From Chrysemys picta bellii (taxonomy: Eukaryota): a stretch of DNA of 64,000 nucleotides. The notes beneath the pieces were generated by a model, which saw nothing but the letters and a program-made list of their open reading frames with translations, had not been told where the DNA came from and did no database searches. Positions 1-13,083 of the stretch are shown piece after piece (the first letter of the stretch is position 1; every line of letters begins with the position of its first letter). The DNA lies in assembly GCF_011386835.1 (NCBI RefSeq), contig NC_088793.1:49476001-49540000 (forward strand), read 5' to 3'. The translations under genes and the position numbers were made by a program.

Positions 1-916
1 TAGCACAGAGAACATTTGAATTGATTCACGGAAGTACTGAATGTATATTGTAAGATTTATTAAAGTTTATAACTGTGGCTCTCAGTATTAATTTTTTTGG
101 CAATAAGTCACAATGCTTAGAGAAGAAGGGACGTATATAACAGTTTCATTTTTTCAGCTATTGCAAACCTTTCCTTTTAAAGGCATATCAGGTTTAACTT
201 TTAATGACTGTTAAGTGATACCTGATAGTCTCATGCTGGCTGTTTAAATTTTAAATTTTTGTTGTTTGTTTACAGACTGACCAATTTTTTTAATAAAGGT
301 ATTACAAGAAAGTTCATTTTTTAAACTCTCTTCTTATCACTGATAACTTACATGGAAATGTCAGTTTCAATCACATTTTGTGCAAAATAGGATTATAACA
401 TCTCCTCACGATTTAGATTAACTGGCAGGAACAGAAATGTTTAAAATAAAAATTTGTAGCTTCTGCTACTTCGTCTGATTTAACTTTGATTTCTTTTTAC
501 TGGTGTCACATTTCACTCTATTTCTGTAACTAGAGGATTTTCCCTATACTTTCTCTTCCTTCTTTGTTTCTCAGTATGTAACTTCTAACTTCCTTTGCTC
601 AGTCCTGCATTTTACTTGTTTTCAAATGTTTATTAGCTACAGGCACAATCAAAGGGACAAAACCTCAAAAGAGCATTTTCTAAACACTATACATTTCGTA
701 AGAGAACTGCTCATAAAAAGTTATTAGCTACTTACACACTCAAATTAATCAAGCTTCAAAAGACCATTTCACAAGAGTATCACAACATGGTCAAAACAGA
801 AACATTTATTTGAGGCTCAGTATTATCAGGTATCTCCCTAGGGATAAGTTCTGCACATTTTTTAGATCTTTTGATCTTTCTTTGTTCTTTTGGGGTTTTT
901 TGTTTTTGTTTGTTGT

Positions 917-980
917 CTGTGTGTGTGTGTGTGTCTGTGTGTGTGAATATCGTGCGCGTGTGTATGTGTGTGTGAATATC
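917..980. repeat. Interrupted (TG)n microsatellite
   Basis: TG runs with a repeated gtgtgaatatcgt unit. Confidence 0.85.
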
Positions 981-1128
981 GTAGCCATCCGAACTAAGTT
1001 AGTTATGATGTTTACTGATAAATTGTTGTAACAAACTTCTGCTGACTGTGGTGTTCAAATGAAAAGCACCTTAGCAAAGAGATCAGAAAATGTTATTAAT
1101 TTAACATATATAAGCAACCAAAACTCAC

Positions 1129-1328
1129 CTGGACCTGCTGCTTCTGTGTATTCAGCATATTTGGGTCAATTGACAGTGGTCCAAGCACACTGACCATGAG
1201 CTCTTTCTCTATAAGCCACTGCTTTAACTGAGCTTCTGTTGTCTGGAACTGGGTCAGGTAATTTGAGGACTCTTCGAGATTTTGTCGTCTGTCAGCTGTA
1301 ATCTGATTGAGTTCTTTCCATTTGTAAT
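1129..1328 (-). CDS. DST: Dystonin exon 23 ([10 protein letters not shown]...[23 protein letters not shown]), 200 nt, phase 1-0
   Basis: tatgatag acceptor, CAG|gtgagt donor; [21 protein letters not shown] matches recalled human DST. Confidence 0.95.
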
Positions 1329-1636
1329 CTATCATAAAATAGTGATAATTTTAATAACATATTGCATCTATGTTCTAGCAGAGTGGCTGTAAGACATAAG
1401 ATTGTATCACAATATATAAACAGTTCTTTCTAATAATGCTACCATGCTCTGTGCATATTAACACCAGATTCCTTGGTGCAATGACTCAGAATATACCCAT
1501 ACTGTATACCTGAATGTAAGACCTCTGATTAATTTAGTTATGTAGGGAATTTTCAGCACAGTAAATATACATGTATTTGCAGGACTAAGTCACCATCCCA
1601 TCAAATAAATCCAAGAGCTCAAATTTAGACTTATAT

Positions 1637-1814
1637 TAACATTTTCAAAAGCACCTGCGTGACCTAGAAGCTGAAGTCCCATTTTCAAAGTGTGAGTCAC
1701 CTGGGAGCCTATGTCCCATTGAAAGTCAATGAGACTTAAGAGCCAAAGTGCCTAAGTCACTTTTGAAAATGGGACTTAGGTTCCTCAGTCACTTAGGTGT
1801 TTTTGAAAATGTTA
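1637..1814. mobile_element. Palindromic MITE-like element
   Basis: Ends taacattttcaaaa / ttttgaaaatgtta are reverse complements; nested internal inverted repeats around cccattgaaagtcaatg; TA at both ends. Confidence 0.65.
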
Positions 1815-1965
1815 CCCTTAGACTTTCTTCTTAGACAGAGAGATGAGCTAGCTAGGTAAGACAGGTGGATATAAATGCTCCTTTGAACTTTTTATTACTA
1901 ACTCCTGAATTACACTGCAATTGAGGCAAAACAATGTAGGTCCTAGATTTCTGCAGGAATCATTA

Positions 1966-4886
1966 CAGTAACTCCTTGCTTAACGTTGTAGTTATGTTCT
2001 TGAAAAGTGCAACTTTAAGCCAAACCATGTTAAGCGAATCCAATTTCCCCATAAGAATTAATGAAAACAGGGGGGATTAGGTTCTAGGGAAATTTTTTTC
2101 GCCAGACAAAAGACATTACATACATATACAGTAAAAGTTTTAAACAACTGTAATACAGGTACAAATTTTAAACAATTTTAAATAATTTAATACTGTACTC
2201 AGCAATGATGATTGTGAAGCTTGGGTGAAGTGGTGGAGTCAGAGGGTGGATCAAGCGGCTGCTCCTCTTGCTGAACTGTCTCAACTTGAAAAAACACATC
2301 TAGAAATTGTTATTTTGCTTTCCTTTTTTTTTCTTCGTAAATTTCTTTATAGCAATTCATTACATGACCAACTCCCCTAACCACTTGGAGCTGTGTTCCT
2401 ATTAGGATCGTCATCACTAAGGATTTGCAAGCCAGATTCAATCATTTGGAAAGATTCAGAAAGACGTTTGGCAGTCAAATTTCGATGGGTTCGTTTTCTT
2501 TTACTTCTTGGCCCTCTTCTTCCATTGCTCTCATCACCTCTAGTTCCATCAGATCTTCATTGGTTAGCTCTTCTCCATGTGATTGCAGAAGTTGTGTAAC
2601 GTCAGCTTCTTCCACCTCATCAAAACCTGCTTTCTTGGCCAAGCCAAGGATATCTTTCTTCATTGGGGGGACAACATATTTAAATCCCTTTAAGTCATTG
2701 ACACATTCAAGCCACAACTTCCCCCACACACCGTTCATGCATGCCTGAGTAACTTCAGCCCAGGATTCACCAATGTTACTGATGCACTTGCGGATGTTGT
2801 AGTCACGCCAAAATTGCTGAATCATAGGCTTACCTTCCCCATCGGTGCCTCTGATGAGCTGGTCAAAAGTATGGCATAAGTAATATGCTTTTAATGCAGC
2901 GATGGCTCCTTGGTCCATGGGTTGGATGAGTGATGTGGTGTTAGGTGGCAGAAAGACAACTTTGACGTTTTTGCAGAGGTCCTCCAGATTGATTGGATGA
3001 GCTGGTGCATTACCAATAAGTAATAAAATCTTGAAATCAAGATTTTCCTTGGCACAGTATTCCTTTCAGACAGGGATGGCACAGAGAGTCAGCCATTCTG
3101 AAAAAATAGCTCCAAGTATCCATGCCTTCTTATTGGATCTCCAAATAATGGGAAGATGTTCCTTTGAAAATCCCTTGAGAGCTCGTGGTGTTTAGGATTG
3201 GTACACTGTCAGCGGTTTCATCTTCATGTCTCCGGCAGCATTACCATCTAGAAACAAGGTTAGGCGGTCTTTAGCTGCTTTAAATCCAGGCACTGCCTTC
3301 TCCTCTCGGGAAATGTAAGTCTGTTCAGGCATCCTCTACCAGTGGAGGCCCTGCTTTCATCGACATTGAAGACTCACCTCTCTCAATTATTTTCTTGAGA
3401 TAGTCGGGGAATGTTTTAGCTGCTGCAGTATCAGCACTAGCCACCTCACCGGACATCTTGATGTTATACAGGTGGAAGCGCCTCTTGAACTGATCAAACC
3501 ATCCCCGACTTGCCATGAACATCTCTGTCTGTGATCCTTCACCTTGGTCTCTCTTCAAATTGTCATACAAACTGTTTGCCTTAGCTTGTATCACTATGTT
3601 CTGCTGGTTTTGGTCCTCTATCCACACTGAGAGAAGATGCTCCATGTTTTCCATCAAACTACTTCTTGATTGACTTATTTTAATAGCACTAAGCGGTATT
3701 ACACACTGAGCACTAGCCCTGATCAGAGAATTGTTCTCATAGTGGTCGGAGTAAGACCTAGAGCAATGCCAATGTCCACCGCATGCTCACCTGCATCAAA
3801 ACGCTTTAAAGCGTCTAATTTAATACCCAAACTAATGGTTTTCTTACTGCTAGTGGTACTGCTATTGCTAGGCACTCCACTATCACTTGCTGGGTGTTTT
3901 TGACTCATGATGCTGGGTGATACTGTACAATCACAACGAGCTAGAAATATTCAGGGAAAACTGTGCTTGTACCGACACAACGTAAACAACAATGGCTGTT
4001 TACTATAGTTCACTATAATGTCTGTTGCTATAGTAGTTTCCGCCCCGATCTGCATGAAGAGCGATACATAGCCCTCCACCATTACATTTAAAACAGACTT
4101 GCACAGGGCCACTGCAACAATATCCTATGTCAGCTCCTTGAGCCCCTTCTGTTTCTTGCTCATGCACATTAGCAGCAGTTCCCCTTTCCCCAAATCTCCC
4201 TGCAGTCACTAATCAGAGGATTGTCTGGGGCCTTACTCATGAGCTCACTGAGCATCTCCTAAAGCAACCATGTTGATATCAGGTGGGATATTTTCCAGGA
4301 AATGCCTTGCTGCTAAATGATGAACTAGCACTCAGCTGAGCCCTCAAGAGTTAATGTAGCCTCACACTCTACAAGGCAGCACCGAGGGAGGCAGGAGGGA
4401 GGAGACACAATAGACACACAATAGCAGTGGCTGCAAACACTTCCCTGTGGAAACTGATCATGATGATGAACCCATGCTATCCTGCTGGAGTGCACCACTC
4501 CCTCCTCCGGACGGCGTATGCATGGCTGTACAGGCGCCAACTTTCCAAAGTGCCGGGGGTGCTCAACCCCAGCTCTGCCCCAGGTCCACCTCCACCCCAC
4601 CCCCTTCCCCTGAGCATGCCGCTTCCTCGCTCCTTCCCCCAGCCTCCTGAATGCCACGAAACAGCTGATTGCTGCAGGTGGGAGGGAGGGGGGAGGTGCT
4701 GATCCACGGGGCTGGCAGGGGTGGGAGGCGCTGGGGGGTGCCAGCCCACCTTGGTTCCAAGCCCTCACGGCCAAACAATGTTATAAGGAAACATTGCACA
4801 ACTTTAAATGAATATGTTCACTAATAGATCAGGGACGTAACAACGAAACAACATTATCCAGGATGACATTAAGTGAGGAGTTACTG
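1966..4886 (-). mobile_element. Tigger/pogo (Tc1-mariner superfamily) DNA transposon with a decayed transposase (about 3908-2475)
   Basis: TIRs cagtaactcct / aggagttactg; TA duplication at 1964-65 and 4887-88; CENP-B-like HTH (KKTISLGIKLDALKRF, ASRGWFDQFKRR) and DDE_1-type motifs (FNVDE, LPPNTTSLIQPMDQG) broken by stops and frameshifts. Confidence 0.92.
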
Positions 4887-6189
4887 TATCATAGTCATTT
4901 TCATTAGTGGAGCTGCTGGTGTTCCACCAGGCACAAGAAAGACCTATGGCTAACATAAAATAAGGTATGAAAAAGTTACTAAAAATGTCTCTAAAATTAA
5001 TGAGTAAGAACTAAAAATAAGTAGCTGTACCAAATCAGTTGGTGTGAAACAGCGTAGCTTTATTGCTATTACTAGGTTCAGTTCTGTGTTACATTAATTC
5101 CTCTATGTCTGACACTCTCTCTGCTCCCATAAGCAATTTCTATCCCTCTCCAGCTCTTGTTTGTCTATCCCCTTTTGTGTAGCTCTTATACTCTGTCACC
5201 TCCTTCTGTGGTGCTCTGATTCTGTCTATGCTTTCTCATTGGCTCTAATGTTTTATTTTCTCCTCAGCTCTAATGTTTTATTTTCTACTCATGTTCTTTG
5301 GATTCTTCTTATGCTCCTTGTGTAGTCGCTCAAATCTACCTTATGTTTCTCCTCTTTCACGTCTTCTTTGCCAATCTGTAATTCCTTTGCTCCACCTTCC
5401 TACTGTGCCACTTCTCTCTGAGCCTTGCTTGTGCTGCTTTAATTCTCTTTCAAATCATATGGACCTTGGACCAATTCTGACCTCCTTCATAATTTTTCCA
5501 GTCTAACTTTTTACCACCATTGGAATAAATACTGATGTTATAGAAATGTATATTAAAATCAATGAGCAATTGCAAAACTAAACTTTATTTTAAAATATAA
5601 ACAATCCATTTTTTAAAAAATGTGAAAATTATATCGTGGATATACTTCAGTAGCTATTGTCCAAAAGTGGAAATTTCCATTTTGAGGGGCAAATTTTAAG
5701 GAATCTGTTTTGAAAAATGGCAATAAGTCTCTAAAAACCATACATGACAAAAGGCCACTAGGGGCATGGAAAAACAGCATGAAGGAAAGCATTAAAAGCA
5801 GCCCCAAGTGCTCTTTGTATTATACTAATGCTCTAGAAATTGATTTGTCCTAGTTAATTTTCTTCATATCCTTACAAAAGGTGTCAGTATATGCATCAAC
5901 AACTGACCTTCAAGCTCAGCCTCACACAGTTTGAAATAGATAAATGATAAAGCCTCTGAAAACAAGGTGCCAAATTCTACTCTCTGTTGCACCAGTGTAA
6001 ATCCAGAGTAAGTTCATTGACTTCAGACTCTAGAGTTACACTGTTGTGCAGAAAGTGGAATTTTGTCCAGGGTTTATGAGAAAACAGGTAAGACAATCAA
6101 AATTCTAGTGACTGGTGGTATGCTGAAATGACTAAAAATTTAGCAATTTCAAAATCAATCTGAGCCCTAGTGCAAGTACATTGCAGTAC

Positions 6190-6319
6190 CTATTTTATCC
6201 AACATCTGTTTCCATTTGGGCGCCTCAGGAGAATTTGGATTCTTCTCCAACAACTCTGTCACTTTGTCCTTCAGCTCCTGTACTTTATTTTCACTTTGCT
6301 TCAATTCTGTTTCAAATAG
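6190..6319 (-). CDS. DST: Dystonin exon 22 ([19 protein letters not shown]...KQMLDKI), 130 nt, phase 0-1
   Basis: cattgtag acceptor, G|gtactg donor; translated by hand; resembles human [19 protein letters not shown]. Confidence 0.94.
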
Positions 6320-6606
6320 CTACAATGAAGTAAAACAATAAACTTAAGTAAACAGAAAACTAAAAATATTGCACAGATCTTTTTAATTCCAAAATATGAT
6401 GACAAACACAAAAATCCTCAGAATGATATCAAGGACTTACATAGTGCTTTTCAAGTCTCAAAGAACTTTACAAAGGTTGGTCATGTATACAGTGACAGGC
6501 CATTTTATTTAAAAAAAGGAGTGGACTGCTGTATAATCCCTAATATTAACAGAGGCAGCGGACCCTGGAATGAGGAGAACTCACATAAACTAGGTCCTCA
6601 AAGCTC

Positions 6607-7160
6607 CATAGAACATAAGAACAGCCATACTGTGTCAGACCAGAGGTCCATCTAGCCCAGTATCCTGTTTTCCAACAGTGGCCAATGCCAGGTACCCCAG
6701 AGGGAATGAACAGAACAGGTAATCACCAAGTGATCCATCCCCTGTCTCCCATTCCCAGTTTCTGGCAATCAGAGGCTAGGGACACCATTCCTCTCCATCC
6801 TGGCTAATAGCCATTGATGGACCTATCCTCTATGAACTTATCTAGTTCTTTTTTGAACCCTGTTATAGTCTTGGCCTTCACAACATCCTCTGGCAAGGAG
6901 TTCCACAGGTTGACTGTGCGTTGTGTGAAAAAATATTTCCTTTTGTTTGTTTTAAACCCGCTGCCTATTAATTTCATTTGGTGACCCCTATTTCTTGTGT
7001 TACGAAAAGGAGTAAATAACACTTCCTTTTTACTTTCTCCACACCAGTTATGATTTTATAGACCTCTATGATATCACTCCTTAGTCGTCTCTTTTCCAAG
7101 CTGAAAGGTCCCAGTCTTATGAATCTCTCCTCATATGGCAAACTTCCTACCCTGAACAAG
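6607..7160 (-). mobile_element. CR1 LINE 3' fragment
   Basis: ORF2 C-terminus ([31 protein letters not shown]; [11 protein letters not shown]) plus a 3' UTR ending ttcttatgttctatg. Confidence 0.9.
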
Positions 7161-8733
7161 TCCAGCTCCCCCCACTGACACTGAAAACCACACAGGAGCT
7201 CCTATACATGACAGAAGTGAGTAATCCCTATACTTAGCCCCTAAAGAGGAAAAGGATTCTAGTATAAATATTCTATAATAGCCAAAACATATTATTGTGC
7301 AAAAGGTTGTTTGCCTAACTGCACTAAGAGAAACATATAAAAAGAAGGGATCTACATTAACATGAGTTGGGTATGACTATCAGGGTCCAGACACACCCAA
7401 GGGAGAAGGCAGGCAGTGACAGAAGCCATTACTGATCTGTATGATCCTCAAACTAGGTCTAAAACTAGAAGTAACCAGAGTTAAAATGGTGCATTCAGCT
7501 TTACCTTTCCTATTTCCTGACTTTTGAGTGCTTAACGCTACATTAGAATAATTTTTACTTCAAATGTCCACCCATTTTTAAAGAAAGAAAAAGACAAAAG
7601 AAAAGTCCCTGTTTCTATTACTACCAGGCAAAGTCAGCTAAGACAACCTGTCTGTCTGTCTTTAATAAACTCTGTAATTAGGGCCCAGTCCAAAGCACAG
7701 TAAAGCCAATGGCAAGACTCCATCCAGGCTAAGTACTCCTTTATCTACGTGTGCACACACACACTACTTTAAGTACATATGAGTTAAGGAGGTCCCACTG
7801 CTTGTTATTTCTGAACATTCAGTTTTAGAAACGAAAGAGCACATCTTTTCAAAACCTGGTTTCATTTTTAGGGCTGAATACCAGTTAAGTCTGAGGAAAT
7901 TCTGGTCACCAGATGTAAAGTTATGAGCATTTAATGCTAACCACCTAATTCTGAAAAAGTATACAAATTGGGTCAAATTCTGCTTTCATTTATACCAGTG
8001 CAACCTCAATAAAATACTGGATGTTCACAGTCACCGGTGAGGGCAGGATTTTCCCTTTCAGTAGCTGTACACGGAGGCAGAGTGCATTTCCCTTTAAGTG
8101 TACACCCATACACAATATTTGTGCTCTTACCCTACCTATGATTGTTAGAGAGGAGATGGGGAACATCTGTCCCCAATATGAGGAGAGCTGGGAGCCTACT
8201 GCTGCTTTAGTGATTCTCTTATAATAATTTTAGTGGGGGAACTTGAATGGCCATGTAAATTAACAAGTATGACATGGCGTCTGCGAGGAAATCGCTGTCT
8301 TCATGCAGAGTAAGTCTCTGCAGCATCACAGTGTGGAAGATCTGTGGAGCTGTAGTGGACTAGCACAGTTGCAGAAATGGCTTTCTGTTAGATAGAGCCC
8401 TTCAAGTCTTATGTGTAAGCAAATAAACTCAAAATCGAAGGGATGTTGCATGATCAGTACACCTTCATCTAGCTAAATGTGTAGTTAAAATTATTCTGAC
8501 ATGAACAATTCCTCTTCTTTTATTTTAGCTATACATTTTGCCAGATTTGCTCCACCATTGTTTGGCATAGTTATGGGACTTACTTAAAAAAAATCTCTAT
8601 ATATAGTGTTAATATGGGACTGTATTGTGGCATCAGTTATTCAGAAGAACTCCCCCACTAATTTCAACAGAGAATTCTGTTCAAAATTTCATATGGTCCT
8701 TAATTGACAGTTTTCTTCATATACACGGAGTAC

Positions 8734-8969
8734 CTTATGTTGTTCTACTTGTGTTCTAACAGCTTCACTATCAGGAGGAGCCGCTTCCCAGCTTGTGGCA
8801 GCCGTATCCATTTTTTGCAGCCACTGCATCACTGAGTTTGATTCTTCTTGAACATTTTGCATCTTTGAAAGCATGCTTTCCAGTTCTGAAACCTTTTCCT
8901 TCAGTAAAGCTCCCAAATCTTCGTAACTGTGATTTACATCTGACATAGCCTGTTGAACAGCTGTCAGTT
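8734..8969 (-). CDS. DST: Dystonin exon 21 (LTAVQQAMSDVNHSYEDLG...VEQHK), 236 nt, phase 1-0
   Basis: cccacag acceptor, AAG|gtactc donor. Confidence 0.94.
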
Positions 8970-9133
8970 CTGTGGGAGGAAGGGGGAAATATATGTTAAA
9001 AAATATAGGCCTTTTGAAAGACTTCTGTACAGGACTTCAGAAACATTTAAAGTTACAATATCTAAGCCATGGAAAAAAATCCATGCAATACAATGAGACA
9101 GTTGAATATGTTATGGTCACTTGTAGTTTGAAC

Positions 9134-10769
9134 TAGGGCTGTCAAGCTATTAAAAAAATTAATCGCAATTAATCCTGCTGTTAAACAATAATAGAATACC
9201 ATTTATTTAAATATTTTTGGATGTTTTCTACATTTTCAAATATATTGATTTTAATTACAACACAGAATAGAAATTGTACAGTGCTCACTTTATCACTTTT
9301 GATTACAAATATTTGCACTGTAGAAAAAGAAATAGTATTTTTCAATTCACCTAATACAAGTACTGTAGTGCAATCTCTTTATCATGAAAGTTGAACTTAC
9401 AAATGCAGAATTAAGTGCAAAAATAACTGCACTCAAAAATAAAACAATGGAAAACGTTAGAGCCTACGAGTCCACTCAGTCCTACTTCTTGTTCAGCCAA
9501 TCGCTCAGACAAATGAGTTTGTTTACATTTTCAGGAGATAATGTTGCCTGCTTCTTGTTTACAATGTCACCTGAAAGTGAGAACAGGTGTTTGTGTGGCA
9601 CTGTTGTAGCCAGCATCACAAGATATTTACGTGCAGATATGCTAAAGATTCGTATGTCCCTTCATGCTTCAACCACCATTCCAGAGACATGCATCCATGC
9701 TGATGACAGGTTTTGCTTGATAACAATCCAAAGCAGTGCAGACCAACGCATGTTCATTTTCATCATCTGAGTCAGATGCCACCAGCAGAAGGTTGGTTTT
9801 CTTTTTTGGTGGTTTGGGTTCTATAGTTTCCACATTGAAGCGTTGCTCTTTTAAGACTTCTGACAGCATATTTCACACCTCATCCCTTTCAGATTTTGGA
9901 AGGCACTTCAGATTCTTAAACTTTGGGTCGAGTGCTGTAGCTATCTTTAGAAATCTTACATTGGTACCTTCTATGCATTTTGTCAAATTTGATGTGAACG
10001 TGCTCTTAAAACGAACATGTGATGGGTCATCAACCGAGATTGCTGTAACATGAAATATATGGCAGAATGAGGGCAAAACAGAGCAGGAGACATACAATTG
10101 TCCCCCAAGGAGTTCAATCACAAATTTAATGAATGCATTATTTTTTTAACGAGCATCATCAGCACGGAAGCATGGATTGGTACTCTGGAATGGCAGCCGA
10201 AGCATGAAGGGGCATATGAATGTTTAGCATATCTGGCACGTAAATACCTTGCAATGCCGGCTACAAAATTGCCTCGCGAATGCCTGTTCTCACTTGCAGG
10301 TGACATTGTAAATAAGAAGCCAGCAGCATTATCGCCTGTAAATGTAAACAAACTTGTTTGTCTTAGTGATTGGCTGAATAAGAAGTAGGACTGAGTGGAC
10401 TTGTAGTCTCTAAAGTTTTTACATTTTTTATTTTGGAGTGCAGTTATGTAACGAAAAAAATTCTATATTTGTAAACTGCACTACAGTGAAATTGAAAAAT
10501 ACTATTTCTTTTATCATATTTACAGTGAAAATATTTGTAATAAAAATAATAATATAAAGTGAGCACTGTGCACTTTGTATTCTGTGTTGTAACTGAAATC
10601 AATATATTTGAAAATGTAGAAAAACATCCAAAAATATTTAGTAAACTTCAAGTATTCTATTGTTTAACAGTGCGATGAAAACTGCAATAACTCGCAATTA
10701 ATTTTTTTAATTGGGATTAATTTTTTTGAGTTAATCGCATGAGTTAACTGCGATTAATCAACAGCCCTC
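9134..10769. mobile_element. hAT-derived foldback element with two inverted transposase 3' ends
   Basis: Termini tagggctgt / acagccctc; 8-bp TSD gtttgaac / gtttaaac; hAT dimerization-domain text (LARKYL...GDIVNKK..LSP.NVNKL.CLSDWLNKK) appears on both strands. Confidence 0.88.
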
Positions 10770-10802
10770 GTTTAAACTTAACATGGCAACACTACTTATG
10801 AA

Positions 10803-11518
10803 TATGGCTACGATTTTGTCCTGGACATTTTTAGTAAAAGTCACGGACAAGTCACAGACAATTAACAAAAATTCACAGAAGGTGTGACCTGTTCATGACT
10901 TTTACTAAAAATGTCCATGACAAAAAGGGAAGGGAGGAGGGTCCAGCACCCGGCCCTGCTGTGACTGGGAGCAGCAGCCACTGCCCCATGGCAGGGAGCT
11001 GGGAGGGACCCCTGCCTGTGGCAGCTGGGGAGCTGTGGGGGATCCCCGCCACCTGGGGACTGGGGAGCTCTGGGGGATTTGCCCCTGGCAGGGGAGCTGC
11101 GCGAGTTCCCCTGCCACTTGCAGCGGCTAGGGAACTGCAGGGGTCCCCTGCATCTGTGGGGACTCAGGAATTGCAGGGGATTCCCCCACTGCCTGTGGGG
11201 ACTGAGGAGCTCTAGGGGATTCCCCCGCCCATGGGAACTACGGAGCTGCACGGGATTTCCCCGCCGGTGGTGGCGGCGGCTGAGGAGCTACCATGGATCC
11301 CCCACTGCCCATGGGGACTGGGGAGCTCCGGGGGATTCCACCCTGCCCTCGGTAGCTGGGGAGCTGCAGGGGGGACCCCTGCCACTGCGAGAGGCAGGGG
11401 TACCCCACAGCTCCCGGCCACCGTGGGAGGTAGGGGTACCCTTCAGCTCCCAGCCGCTGCGGGCTGAAGTCATGGATTTTGTGATTTCCGCGACCTCCAT
11501 GACCAAATCGTAGCCTTA
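10803..11518. mobile_element. Non-autonomous hAT element with a GC-rich low-complexity interior
   Basis: TIRs tatggctacgatttt / aaatcgtagcctta; perfect 8-bp TSD cttatgaa at 10795-10802 and 11519-11526. Confidence 0.88.
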
Positions 11519-11625
11519 CTTATGAATGACCTCATTTTAGTACACATTCTATAAGAGCTTCTGAAATGCCAAATTTTATCTTAATGTTTCAAACAACTAT
11601 AAAGTTGTACATATGTTTGGACATA

Positions 11626-11813
11626 CACCTCTACCCCGATATAACGCGACCAGATATAACACGAATTCGGATATAACGCGGTAAAGCAGTGCTCCGGGGG
11701 GGCGGGGCTGCGCACTCCAGTGGATCAAAGGAAATTCGATTTAACACGGGTTCACCTATAACGCGATAAGATTTTTTGGCTCCTGAGGACAGCGTTATAT
11801 CAGGGTAGAGGTG
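11626..11813. mobile_element. Tigger-type MITE, CpG-rich and probably young
   Basis: TIRs cacctctaccccgatataacgc / gcgttatatcagggtagaggtg; TA duplication on both sides. Confidence 0.88.
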
Positions 11814-12074
11814 TAGTTCAATTATTAATAAAATACCCTTAACATTATTGTGATTATATTTCATTTTTGAAAAAGTAAAATAGTTAGACAAAAATATTTT
11901 TTCTATAGCTAAATTAAGGAGTATTGTAATACTGTAAATATTTAGGCCAAATTCTGGTTTGAAACTCACAAATACTTGAACATCATAAATGTAGCAGAGA
12001 AAATGCCTCCGGAAAGCATTGCTCCCTAATTCTGATCATACACAAGTGATGACTTTTATTATTCCTGGTAGTTG

Positions 12075-12413
12075 TTCCACCCCTGCTCCGCCCAAGGCCC
12101 CACTCCCACTCTGCCCTTTCCCCTGAGGACCTGCCCTTGCTCCGCCTCTTCCCACCTCCTCCCCCGAGGTCCTGCCTTCACCCCGCCTCTTCCCATCCCT
12201 GCTGCTCCCCCTCCCACAAAGCCCTCCTATCCACCCACTGCTCTTTGCCCTCCTCTAAGCATCTCCCGCCAGCTACCAAACAGCTGATCGGCAGCGACTG
12301 CAAACAGCTGGTTGGTGGCCACACCAAACAGCTGTGGTGGGTGGGTGCTGAGCACCCACTATTTTTTCCGTGGGTGCTTGAGTCGCGGCGCACCCACGGA
12401 GTTGGCGCCTATG
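12075..12413. mobile_element. One-ended hAT-like MITE fragment
   Basis: Terminus gcacccacggagttggcgcctatg with a subterminal palindrome; C-rich interior; second TIR not found. Confidence 0.55.
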
Positions 12414-13020
12414 TACATAAGCACCGCTGTGCAAGTGTTGTGTTACTGAGAGAGCTGAGCAGCCAAAATGAGTAGACTGTAGTTTGGTAAAAGTGGACAC
12501 TGTAGATATAAAACAGAGTATGGATCTATCCAGGCTCACATACAAAGTGAACACATAACTCTTGTACACAAAATCGCAATAAAATAGTTCATTCCGGAGA
12601 TGGAGCACATCACACATGCTGGTACAATACATGCTGGATGGGTGGGTGGATGTATCTGTTAAGCAGTTTTTGAAACCACTGAATACTGCAGCTTATGTTA
12701 AAATATGTATGTTATAGATATTTACACCACTTTTCTGGAGATATGCATATTGTGCAATGGGAAGTGAGAATTTGGCCCTCCATCTTTTATTAAATATTAA
12801 AAATAGTTATTGATAATACTGTTTTGTAAAAAAAAAATTCTCTCATTATAGTTCTGCATTATAGTTCTGCATAAGTGATTTGCATTTATGGATTACATTG
12901 TAATTTTTTGTTATTGAGGAACCCTAATCTTCTAGAGTGTTCCACGCCAATGACTAAACACGTTAGTGCACGATCACACGTCTTTGTCACATCTCCGAAT
13001 CTTATTTAGTAATTATTCAC

Positions 13021-13083
13021 CTTTATTTGTCAGGAAACCTTGAGTACCTGAAGTTGCTCCTTCACCATTTACTACTATTCCAC
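13021..13083 (-). CDS. DST: Dystonin exon 20 (GIVVNGEGATSGTQGFLTNK), 63 nt, phase 1-1
   Basis: catctgtag acceptor, G|gtgaat donor; resembles human GAVLNGEGTATNTEEFWANK; symmetric phase, so it could be skipped in frame. Confidence 0.88.

Noticed and set aside
810-1031. VCVCVC / THTHT ORFs
   Set aside because: Artefact of the (TG)n microsatellite.
4325-4799. Overlapping GC-rich ORFs as genes
   Set aside because: They lie inside the Tigger element and are open in several frames on both strands, as expected for low-complexity GC-rich DNA.
10862-11513. Multiple ORFs of 69-144 aa
   Set aside because: Interior of a TSD-bounded hAT MITE; repetitive and without recognisable domains.
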